Source: an uncultured Dehalococcoidales bacterium (GTDB lineage Bacteria; Chloroflexota; Dehalococcoidia; GIF9; AB-539-J10). Taken from it: 43,651 bases of DNA. The stretch covers positions 1 to 43,651 of the forward strand of contig CAZWDC010000019.1 in the NCBI GenBank assembly GCA_964633085.1, written 5' to 3'. Made by a program: the position numbers and the translations under genes. The notes under the pieces are model-generated. The model had not been told where the DNA came from and did no database searches. It was given only the letters and a program-made list of their open reading frames with translations. How positions within the stretch are numbered: the first letter of the stretch is position 1; each line of letters begins with the position of its first letter. Below are positions 33,576 to 42,147 of the stretch, piece by piece.

Positions 33576-36500
33576 TTTCCCCCTCGCTAAGTAGTTCAAC
33601 AGCAAAACCTAAACTACGTAGCTCCATAAACAAAACTTTGGTTGATTCTGGAATACCAAGTTGTTGAATATCTTCGCCTTTAACAAGAGCCTCATAAGCT
33701 TTAGCTCGTCCCATTACATCATCTGACTTTATTGTGAGCATCTCTTGAAGTGTATGAGCTGCGCCATGCGCTTCCAATGCCCATACCTCCATCTCACCAA
33801 ACCTTTGACCACCAAACTGAGCTTTCCCTCCCAATGGTTGCTGGGTGATGAGTGAGTAAGGACCAGTAGAACGGGCATGTACCTTATCACCGACAAGATG
33901 AATTAGTTTCATCATGTAAATATTGCCCACGGTTATCGGCTTATCAAATATCTCGCCTGTCCTTCCATCCCGAAGTTCTATTTTGCCAAAAATAGGAGGA
34001 TAGAGCTTTCGCTCTTTATAAACTCTCTGTGCTAGTCCCTCTAAGTCTCTATCACTGAGAGCCCTAAGTTGATGATTGTCGCCTATGCCCACTTCCTCGA
34101 GCCATATGCAGAGAGCAGCTTTTCTGGCCGAACCTTTATATCCCTCATCCATTATTTCTGTGGCATCAAAACCATGACTAGAAAGCCATTCCCCGACCTT
34201 TTCTAGATCAGTCATAGCATTCCTTGAATTCTCAGGGCTAAAGCTAACAGCATTGGCTTTCCAGGCTATCCAAGCCCGGGCTAAAGCATCCTCGATAGTT
34301 GTAGCATCAGCTCCATCAAAAATGGGATTAATAGCCCTAAAGCTTAGTACCTGTGCTGCCCAACCCAAATGAGCCTCCAAGACCTGCCCTATGTTCATAC
34401 GGGATGGAACACCAAGAGGATTGAGGATAATATCTACAGGCGTACCATCCGGCAAAAATGGCATATCTTCCTCAGGCAATATGATAGAGATAACCCCTTT
34501 ATTGCCGTGTCTCCCTGACATCTTATCGCCCACTGAGATTTTGCGCTTTTGAGCCACCCACACTTGTATAAGTTTGTTCACCCCGGCTGGTAATTCATCA
34601 TGGTTATCGCGGGAAAAGACTTTAGTTCTGATCACCCTCCCCCACTCTCCTGATGGCATTCTCAGGGAGCTATCTTTCACCTCCCGCGTTTTTTCACCAA
34701 AAATGGCTCGCAACAATTTTTCTTCCGCTGAAGGTTCAGTTTCACCCTTGGGGGTAATCTTTCCAACCAGAATGTCGTTGGGCTTTACCTCAGCTCCGAT
34801 ACGTACAATACCCTTTTCGTCAAGGTTAGCGAGGCTTTCTTCACTTACATTAGGTATATCTCTGGTTATTTCTTCAGGACCAAGCTTGGTATCTCGCTCT
34901 TCTATTTCATATTTTTCAATGTGAACAGAAGTATAGACATCATCCTTAACGAGCCTTTTACTGATAATAATGGCATCCTCAAAGTTATATCCTTCCCAGC
35001 TCATAAAAGCACAAATGATATTTTGTCCCAAAGCGAGGTTCCCACCATCTATAGAAAAACTATCCACCAATGCCTGCCCTTTCTTAACCTTGTCTCCTTT
35101 GTTCACAATAGGACGTTGATTTATACACGTCCCCTGATTAGTTCTAGCAAACTTGATTAAATCGAACGATTGCTCTTCGCCCCCTCCATTTTTGATTACT
35201 ATTCTTGAGCTTGTCGCCGAAGTGACTACGGCATCGTCAGGGGCAAATATCACCTGCCCACTATATTTAGCCACCTCTTTTTCCATACCCGTGGCCACCA
35301 AAGGACACTCGGGACGTAACAGTGGTACCGCTTGTCGCTGCATATTGCAGCCCATTAAAGCCCGGTTAGCATCATCATGTTCAAGAAAGGGAGTAAGACA
35401 AGCAGCTATACTAAACAGCTGTTTTGGTGAGACATCGATAAAGCTTACTTTGTCTATTGATTCTTTGAAATATTTGTCCCCCTTCTTAACCTCAACCTTG
35501 TCATAAACAAACTCATTTCTTTCATTGAGGAGAGTATTAGCCTGGGCGATAGCATATTGACCCTCTTCGTCGGCTGTCAAATAAACGATTTGGCTGGAAA
35601 CAAAAGGAACTACTTTAATATTACGAGTTGAAAGAGAAGATAACTTTTGTGCCAGCTGCTTTGTGATCAATGTTCCAGCCTTGGCCACAAGCTTGCCCTT
35701 ACTATCTACTATATCCTCCCTGATTGTTCTCCCCGTCAATTCTTCCACAGTATTGGGAACCTCATGGATGACTTTACGATATGGCGTCTCTATAAAACCA
35801 TATTCATTAACTGAAGCGTAAGTAGCTAGAGAGCCAATAAGACCAATGTTTGGCCCTTCGGGCGTTTCGATAGGACAAATCCTACCGTAATGGGAATGAT
35901 GTACATCGCGAACCTCAAATCCCGCCTGTTTTCTTGAGAGTCCTCCAGGACCCATGGCAGAAAGACGACGCTTGTGAGTTAGCTCAGCTAGTGGATTAGT
36001 TTGATCCATGAACTGAGATAGTTGCGACCGACCAAAGAACTCCCTTATAGCGACAGCTACAGGGCGAATGTTGATTAAAGAAACAGGAGTTGCCGCTTCA
36101 GGGCCAAGAATACTCATGCGTTCTTTAATAGCTCTCTCTAACCTCAACAAGCCAATACGAAATTGCTTTTGTATTAGAAAGCCTACTGCCTGAGCCCTTC
36201 GATTGCCTAAATGGTCAATGTCATCAGGAGGTTCTTTGCCAAGGTTAACTGCAATAATACGACGGACTATTTGCACTAAATCCTCAGGGGTCAAGCCAGT
36301 ATAATTCCCGGGGACATTAAGGCCTAATTTTTTATTAAGCTTGTAACGACCAACTTTGCCCAAGCTGTAGCGGCGAGGATTAAATAGGAAATTATTCAGC
36401 AGAGCTTGGGCACTGCTAAGGCTAGCGGCTTCACTAGAAGATAGTTTTCTATAGATATCGAACAAGGCATCAGCCTTGTTTTTGATCAGAGGATCTCGCT

Positions 36501-37194
36501 CCATTGTAGAGCGGATAAAAGCATGCTCAGGCGAGTTATCAACATCTTGGAAAAGGGAATACAGAGTCTCATCGCTCTCAAAGCCTATGGCACGCAACAA
36601 AGTAGTAACCGGGATCTTCCGTTTGCCGCTTACCTTAACTGAAATCACATCTCGGTTAGAAGTATCAAAATCAAGCCATGCCCCATGTTCAGCCACAAGC
36701 TTAGCAAAGCCCAATTCCCGTCCACTCGAAGGATCTCTTTCCAAAGTGAAATAAACGCCAGGAAAACGAGTCAATTGATTAACTACCACCCGCTCTACAC
36801 CAGAAATAATGAAAGTGCCATTATCCGTCATCAAAGGGAAATCACTAAAGAATAGCTCTTGTTCCTTGATCTCCCCTGTCTCCTTGACCACCAGCCGTGC
36901 CGTGACATGAATAGGAGAGGAATAAGTCAGGCCTCGTTCAAGACACTCGGAGATAGAATGCGGAGGCTCTCGAAACTCGTAATCAACGAAATGTAATTCT
37001 AGCCTAGTGTTGGTATAATCTTGAATTGGTGAAATTTCCTCAAACAGCTCCTTCAAACCCTCTTCTTGAAACCAGCGAAAGGAATCAAGCTGAACCCGGA
37101 TAAGGTCAGGTATTTCTAAAGTCTCGGGCAATTTAGCGAAAGACTTCACCAACTCGTGTTCAAGCATGGAAGGAACGATCTGATTCTTTTCCAA
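33562..37194 (-). CDS. rpoB: DNA-directed RNA polymerase subunit beta
   Basis: 1210 aa with conserved blocks ([29 protein letters not shown], and others). The longest start is TTG at 37194. The ATG at 37167 is an alternative. Confidence 0.97.
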   Translation of the reverse strand: MEKNQIVPSMLEHELVKSFAKLPETLEIPDLIRVQLDSFRWFQEEGLKELFEEISPIQDYTNTRLELHFVDYEFREPPHSISECLERGLTYSSPIHVTARLVVKETGEIKEQELFFSDFPLMTDNGTFIISGVERVVVNQLTRFPGVYFTLERDPSSGRELGFAKLVAEHGAWLDFDTSNRDVISVKVSGKRKIPVTTLLRAIGFESDETLYSLFQDVDNSPEHAFIRSTMERDPLIKNKADALFDIYRKLSSSEAASLSSAQALLNNFLFNPRRYSLGKVGRYKLNKKLGLNVPGNYTGLTPEDLVQIVRRIIAVNLGKEPPDDIDHLGNRRAQAVGFLIQKQFRIGLLRLERAIKERMSILGPEAATPVSLINIRPVAVAIREFFGRSQLSQFMDQTNPLAELTHKRRLSAMGPGGLSRKQAGFEVRDVHHSHYGRICPIETPEGPNIGLIGSLATYASVNEYGFIETPYRKVIHEVPNTVEELTGRTIREDIVDSKGKLVAKAGTLITKQLAQKLSSLSTRNIKVVPFVSSQIVYLTADEEGQYAIAQANTLLNERNEFVYDKVEVKKGDKYFKESIDKVSFIDVSPKQLFSIAACLTPFLEHDDANRALMGCNMQRQAVPLLRPECPLVATGMEKEVAKYSGQVIFAPDDAVVTSATSSRIVIKNGGGEEQSFDLIKFARTNQGTCINQRPIVNKGDKVKKGQALVDSFSIDGGNLALGQNIICAFMSWEGYNFEDAIIISKRLVKDDVYTSVHIEKYEIEERDTKLGPEEITRDIPNVSEESLANLDEKGIVRIGAEVKPNDILVGKITPKGETEPSAEEKLLRAIFGEKTREVKDSSLRMPSGEWGRVIRTKVFSRDNHDELPAGVNKLIQVWVAQKRKISVGDKMSGRHGNKGVISIILPEEDMPFLPDGTPVDIILNPLGVPSRMNIGQVLEAHLGWAAQVLSFRAINPIFDGADATTIEDALARAWIAWKANAVSFSPENSRNAMTDLEKVGEWLSSHGFDATEIMDEGYKGSARKAALCIWLEEVGIGDNHQLRALSDRDLEGLAQRVYKERKLYPPIFGKIELRDGRTGEIFDKPITVGNIYMMKLIHLVGDKVHARSTGPYSLITQQPLGGKAQFGGQRFGEMEVWALEAHGAAHTLQEMLTIKSDDVMGRAKAYEALVKGEDIQQLGIPESTKVLFMELRSLGFAVELLSEGENVSI

Positions 37195-37273
37195 AACAAT
37201 ATCTTGAAGACACTAACTAGGAAAACTCAGGATAAGAAAACCTAAAGAGAATGGGAGCATATACAAACTGTAA

Positions 37274-37302
37274 AGTTTAACACCTCTGTTTAATTTTGTC
37301 AA
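37274..37302 (-). promoter_or_regulatory. Candidate rpoBC promoter
   Basis: Read on the minus strand: TTGACA (37302-37297), a 17-nt spacer, then TAAACT (37279-37274). This predicts a leader of about 75 nt. Confidence 0.5.
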
Positions 37303-37618
37303 GAGGCCATTTCAACAAGCTACTACCACTCTTTGAATTTTATCACTGAAAAGCAACAGTTTCCATACCGGGTCTCCAAGACATTCCAAGACATACAATA
37401 CAGTTTTCGGGAGTATATGTCCTGCAGTATGCATTTGCAGGTTTGCAGAAAGTTTATAGAGCTAATTTGAATCTTGCCCTGGGAAACTTCTGCTCGCCTT
37501 TCGCTCTGTATATTTCCACCAAATTAAAAAATTGAAGGCTGCGCCGCTCTTCAGAGGTCTAGCCCCGTTGCTCTTTGGGGCTTCTCCCACTCAATGCTAT
37601 AATAATTCCCGAGTCTCC

Positions 37619-39820
37619 GTGGACATCTTAGCCAAGCTTAATCCTGCCCAGAGAGAAGCCGTAGAAGCTATAGAGGGGCCTGTGCTTATCCTGGCCGGGC
37701 CGGGCAGCGGCAAGACCAGGGTGATTACTCACCGCATCGCCTATTTGATTAAATCCTGCGGCATTAGCCCCCACAACATTATGGCAGTCACCTTCACCAA
37801 CAAAGCCGCCCGGGAGATGAGAGAGAGACTGGAACGACTCCTGGGGCAGGCAGTAGAAACTCTAACTTTGGGCACCTTTCACGCCACCTGTGCCCGGATT
37901 CTCCGTCGGGAAGGCAAAGCGCTAGGGCTGGACTCAAGTTTTGTTATCTATGATGAAGAAGACCAGCTAGGCTTAATAAAACAAACTCTGGAAGAACTGA
38001 ACCTCGACCCCAAGCAATATACCCCCCGCGCTATCCACTCAGCCATCAGCTCCGCCAAGAGCCGCCTCATCAGCTCCGAGGACTACGCCCAGAGGGTTAA
38101 TAGCTATTTTGAGGAGATAGTCCACAGAGTTTACCAGCGCTACCAGCAACTCTTGAGCCAGGGTCAGGCGTTGGATTTCGACGACTTGCTCATGAAAACG
38201 GTGCAGTTGTTCCAGGACCATTCTCAAATCCTTAAGAGATACCAATCAAGGTACGTTCATATTCTTGTTGATGAGTTTCAGGATACCAACATTGCCCAGT
38301 ACGTGTTGATGAAGCAGCTAGCGGGCAAATACCGAAATCTCTGTGTGGTGGGTGACCCTGACCAATCCATTTATTCCTGGAGATTTGCCGATTTGCGTAA
38401 TATCCTGAGTTTTGAGAAAGACTACCCCGAGGCTAAAGTCGTCTTCCTGGAGCAAAACTATCGTTCCACCAAGACTATTTTAGCCGTAGCTTCGGATATT
38501 ATCTCAACAAATGTGCAACGCAAACTCAAAAAACTATGGACAGAAAACGAAGACGGCTCCCCGGTATGCATCATCGAGAGTTACAGCCCTGAAGAAGAGG
38601 CGCAATGTGTAGTCAGCGAAATAGAGAAGTTGGTTAGCCAGGGGCAAGTATCCCTCAAAGATTGCGCTGTCATGTATCGGGTTAATGCTCAATCGCGAGC
38701 ATTAGAGGAATCCTCCCTGAGATACGGTGTGCCTTATAAACTCGTCGGTGGCACCCGCTTTTATCAGAGGCAAGAGGTTAAAGATATTATCGCTTACCTC
38801 AGGGTCATCCATAATCCCCAGGACAGCGTCAGTTTGACTCGCATCATAAATGTGCCGGGCAGAGGCATTGGACAGGGTACCCTTAGCAAGCTTCAAGGTT
38901 GGGCAAAGACCCACGATGTCTCTCTCTTGGAGGCTTTAAAACAGGTGAGCCATCCCGATTCTGTCGGGACAAAGCAATTTCTTCCCACACGCATCACTCA
39001 AGCCCTGGCAGGATTTGCTGCCCTTATATCTCAACTCACTGCTCAAAGCCGTGAGCTCAGGCTTTCCAATCTACTGGATGAGATAATAGTGCGTACCGGA
39101 TATAAAGAGTATATTCTGGGCAAAGAAGATGGAGAGGATAGGTGGGAGAACATAATGGAGCTGAAAAATGTTGCTCGTGAGTATGATAGGCTCAATCCTG
39201 AAGGGGCGTTAGCCGAATTTCTGGAAAAAGTAAGCCTGGTATCGGACATAGATGAACTGGATGAAAAAGCCGATGCCGTGACCCTGATCACCCTGCATCA
39301 GGCCAAGGGATTAGAGTTTCCAGTAGTGTTTATCATCGGCCTGGAGGAAGGGATTCTCCCCCACAGGAAATCTTTCGATGACCCCGAAGAGATGGAAGAG
39401 GAGCGTCGTCTTTGCTACGTGGGCGTAACCAGAGCCAAGAAGCAGCTTTACCTCTTGCGTAGTTATCGCCGGAGCTTGTTCGGCAGCACCACGGCCAACC
39501 CACCCTCTCGCTTCCTCCAAGATATCTCACCGCATCTAGTGCGCACTAAAAGACTATGGGAAGAAAGCCTGACTTTAGCAGCCGGTCCAGACTTTAATCG
39601 GGATTTCCCACCCTCGCCAGAGCCTGTTCGCACCATCGCCCTGAAAGTCGGTGACCATGTCCGCCACAGCAAATTTGGTTCGGGCATAGTGATGAATTGC
39701 GATCCTACAAAGGATGACCAGGAGCTGATTGTGGTCTTCGAAGGGTTTGGCGTTAAGAAACTCTTAGCCAGCCTGGCACCCCTGGAAAAAGTCGAAAAAG
39801 ATTTCGACTTTTCCTCATAA
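37619..39820 (+). CDS. uvrD: UvrD/PcrA-family ATP-dependent DNA helicase
   Basis: The translation contains LNPAQREAV, AGPGSGKT, VDEFQDTN, and the QNYRS and VTRAK motifs. The GTG at 37619 (VDILAKLNPAQ) is preferred. The track start is TTG at 37532. An extended -10, TGCTATAAT, sits at 37595-37603. Confidence 0.92.
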   Translation: MDILAKLNPAQREAVEAIEGPVLILAGPGSGKTRVITHRIAYLIKSCGISPHNIMAVTFTNKAAREMRERLERLLGQAVETLTLGTFHATCARILRREGKALGLDSSFVIYDEEDQLGLIKQTLEELNLDPKQYTPRAIHSAISSAKSRLISSEDYAQRVNSYFEEIVHRVYQRYQQLLSQGQALDFDDLLMKTVQLFQDHSQILKRYQSRYVHILVDEFQDTNIAQYVLMKQLAGKYRNLCVVGDPDQSIYSWRFADLRNILSFEKDYPEAKVVFLEQNYRSTKTILAVASDIISTNVQRKLKKLWTENEDGSPVCIIESYSPEEEAQCVVSEIEKLVSQGQVSLKDCAVMYRVNAQSRALEESSLRYGVPYKLVGGTRFYQRQEVKDIIAYLRVIHNPQDSVSLTRIINVPGRGIGQGTLSKLQGWAKTHDVSLLEALKQVSHPDSVGTKQFLPTRITQALAGFAALISQLTAQSRELRLSNLLDEIIVRTGYKEYILGKEDGEDRWENIMELKNVAREYDRLNPEGALAEFLEKVSLVSDIDELDEKADAVTLITLHQAKGLEFPVVFIIGLEEGILPHRKSFDDPEEMEEERRLCYVGVTRAKKQLYLLRSYRRSLFGSTTANPPSRFLQDISPHLVRTKRLWEESLTLAAGPDFNRDFPPSPEPVRTIALKVGDHVRHSKFGSGIVMNCDPTKDDQELIVVFEGFGVKKLLASLAPLEKVEKDFDFSS

Positions 39821-39824
39821 CATA

Positions 39825-39853
39825 TTGACAAAATACACGAAACCGTGTAAAAT
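39825..39853 (+). promoter_or_regulatory. Promoter P1 of the R-M islet
   Basis: TTGACA (39825-39830), a 17-nt spacer, then TAAAAT (39848-39853). It begins immediately after the uvrD stop. Confidence 0.55.
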
Positions 39854-39870
39854 CACTTAAACAAGATTAT

Positions 39871-39914
39871 TTGACAAGGTCCCAATAACCGAATATAATG
39901 TTGTTTAAAACAAC
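39871..39914 (+). promoter_or_regulatory. Consensus promoter P2 plus palindromic operator (C-box-like)
   Basis: TTGACA (39871-39876), a 17-nt spacer, then TATAAT (39894-39899). The perfect palindrome GTTGTTT-A-AAACAAC (39900-39914) follows directly, covering the predicted start site. Confidence 0.6.
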
Positions 39915-39927
39915 AATACTCCCGAAA

Positions 39928-40131
39928 ATGGTGGAACTAGATAGCTATATCAATATTCGTGAAGCTGCTAAGCAAATAGGTATCCACGAGGAATCGCTCA
40001 GGCGGATTATCCGTATTGGGACATTGCCTGCCGAGAAAATAGGCGGGCAATGGTTTATCCCTAGAGAGCAATTTGCTTTGTTCCTTGCCACTTATGATGC
40101 GAGGACAGGCAAAAGAAAGCAAATGATTTAG
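39928..40131 (+). CDS. Small helix-turn-helix DNA-binding protein (excisionase/MerR-like HTH); possible R-M controller
   Basis: 67 aa from the ATG at 39928: MVELDSYINIREAAKQIGIHEESLRRIIRIGTLPAEKIGGQWFIPREQF. The track start at 39898 overlaps the -10 box and is unlikely. Confidence 0.65.
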   Translation: MVELDSYINIREAAKQIGIHEESLRRIIRIGTLPAEKIGGQWFIPREQFALFLATYDARTGKRKQMI

Positions 40132-40255
40132 AGCCAAAGGACAAAAGACTGCACGTGAGAGGTTTTGTTAGTGCTTGTGTTCACTGTGAACTCTGCGTTA
40201 TTGCAATGAAAGCTTGTGCACTTGCTGTGATTAAATTTGGTCACCCTGAGATGAT

Positions 40256-41296
40256 ATGAAGTTGTGTTCATGGCATCCAATATATAAAGACTCTCGGAGA
40301 GGGGAAAGTAATGTGCTTGTACTTGATGCCTCAGAGCAACAAGGTGTATTAAGCCTCGATTTTCTGCCTGATTCGTTTGCTGAACGCAAAGCTGCCTTTT
40401 TGCGTAGCTTGGCAAGTCCGAGTGGAAAGACGGAATATAAGCGTTATACTGGCGCTCCTATAAGATACGCTGGAGGAAAAAGCCTTGCTGTCGGACTGAT
40501 AGTGGAACGGATACCCAATAATGTGGAGAGAATCATTTCACCCTTTCTTGGCGGTGGTTCCGTTGAGGTAGCATGCGCCGTAGAATTAGGCTTACCAGTC
40601 ATTGCCTCAGACATATTCGATATTCTCATCACATACTGGAAAGTCCAGTTGACTAATCCTGAAGCACTCTACAATCGGCTCCTAAAGTTTGCTCCCACTG
40701 TGGCCGAATTCCAGAATGTCAAAGAACGCCTCAAGAAACACTGGACAGGAGAATTGGCATTAGAGACAGATATCGACATAGCAGCCTACTTCTATTTCAA
40801 CCATAATACATCATACGGCCCTCACTTTCTCGGTTGGCCGTCAAGAGTTTATCTCCAACCAGAACGTTACCAGAGCATGATTGAGAGGGTTCGTGATTTT
40901 CGTGCTCCGAATCTGACTGTAGAGTGTGAATCTTTTGAGAAAGTAATTCCTAAATACAAAGATGACTTCCTTTACTGTGACCCGCCTTATTATCTGGACG
41001 GAGATAGTAAAACTTTCATTGGTATGTATCCTCATAGGAATTTCCCTATCTACCATAATGGCTTCGAACACGACAAACTTCGTGACCTTCTTCTTGAGCA
41101 TAAAGGCGGCTTCATCTTGTCCTACAATGATTGTTCTGTTATCAGGGAATGGTACAAAGGCTTCAATATGATAGCTCCGTCGTGGCAGTACACATTTAGT
41201 CAAGGTGATACGCGTATTGGGGAGAATAGGCTCAGGAACAATAACGGGAGCTATATTAAGCACTCGCATGAACTTCTTATTTGGAAAGAGCCATGA
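40256..41296 (+). CDS. Dam-family (D12 class, alpha-type) N6-adenine DNA methyltransferase
   Basis: It has the N-terminal RYAGGKS motif, the SAM loop SPFLGGGSVE, and the catalytic LYCDPPYY. An N-terminal extension of about 60 aa makes the start uncertain. Confidence 0.85.
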   Translation: MKLCSWHPIYKDSRRGESNVLVLDASEQQGVLSLDFLPDSFAERKAAFLRSLASPSGKTEYKRYTGAPIRYAGGKSLAVGLIVERIPNNVERIISPFLGGGSVEVACAVELGLPVIASDIFDILITYWKVQLTNPEALYNRLLKFAPTVAEFQNVKERLKKHWTGELALETDIDIAAYFYFNHNTSYGPHFLGWPSRVYLQPERYQSMIERVRDFRAPNLTVECESFEKVIPKYKDDFLYCDPPYYLDGDSKTFIGMYPHRNFPIYHNGFEHDKLRDLLLEHKGGFILSYNDCSVIREWYKGFNMIAPSWQYTFSQGDTRIGENRLRNNNGSYIKHSHELLIWKEP

Positions 41297-42069
41297 CACG
41301 AAAGCGGAAACGAGGCCTCCAAAGTAACGGCGCTCGGTTCATTCGCCAGAGAGGATATGATGATGCCCGCGAATTTGCTTATGCAATTGGCCTTCCTAGC
41401 GATTATGAAAACGACCCACGTGCAAAAAAAGATGTCATTGACCCGTCTGGTGATGCCCACTCGGTAAAGAGTGGTGATAAGAAGTGGCAGGTATTCCTTT
41501 ACGGATTGGAACGATTCTGGAAAGATGACGTTTTTGGTGCGATGAATGGTATTGGTGATACACTTGCCGAGTGTATCAACGCTTTCCCCCCTGATTTCAG
41601 GGCATATCAGCGCAATAAGGCGGCCGCAAAGGAACGCCTTCGCAGACCGATGAGAAAGCTAGCGGAATTGTTACAGGATAAACGGAGATTACGTGCGTTT
41701 TTGAACGCATCTCTGTTTAATGCGGGCGAAGTCAACTACCTCACTGTGAAACATGAGGGCGTATTCCGCGTATTCTTGAACCAAGACGTCATTCAGGTAT
41801 TCAGTGATAACCTAGAAGTATGTAATTCTAGGGCGTTAACCGCAGGTCAGACACCAGAACAAAAGGTCTTGTTTCGGTACAACGGATTAAACTTAGGCGA
41901 ATTGGAAATGAGAAACGACAGCGAGATACACTATCGCCAAGTACGATTCAATATGCTAAAACCCAAAGTCATGGCTCTGCTGTTTACAACAATCCCCTTA
42001 ACTAAAAAGTTCAGCGATAAAGTTTGGGTGTATGGAAATGCAAACAAACGATTCGGTCGCTGGAAATGA
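41293..42069 (+). CDS. Hypothetical protein, putative cognate type II restriction endonuclease
   Basis: 258 aa. Its ATG overlaps the methyltransferase stop (ATGA at 41293-41296). I recognise no family. A possible PD-(D/E)xK-like stretch is DVIDPSGDAHSVKSGDKKW. The assignment rests on gene context. Confidence 0.45.
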   Translation: MTRKRKRGLQSNGARFIRQRGYDDAREFAYAIGLPSDYENDPRAKKDVIDPSGDAHSVKSGDKKWQVFLYGLERFWKDDVFGAMNGIGDTLAECINAFPPDFRAYQRNKAAAKERLRRPMRKLAELLQDKRRLRAFLNASLFNAGEVNYLTVKHEGVFRVFLNQDVIQVFSDNLEVCNSRALTAGQTPEQKVLFRYNGLNLGELEMRNDSEIHYRQVRFNMLKPKVMALLFTTIPLTKKFSDKVWVYGNANKRFGRWK

Positions 42070-42147
42070 CTTTTGAAGTAAGTGGCAGTTGTGGGGTAAA
42101 GCCCACCCCCTTTGCGAGAGACAAATCAAAGACAACAAAGGTTATGG

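Noticed and set aside
37376-37394. The rpoB-uvrD spacer contains a direct repeat, ccaagacat x2, and TGCA-rich mini-palindromes (37430-37460). These might mark an sRNA or regulatory site.
   Set aside because: They are too short and unsupported by promoter or terminator signals. They could easily arise by chance in a 337-nt AT-rich spacer.
42091-42106. A hairpin after the putative restriction gene might be an intrinsic terminator.
   Set aside because: The stem is only 5 bp (GTGGG/CCCAC), and the trailing sequence (CCCCTTTG) is a poor U-tract. It is too weak to call.
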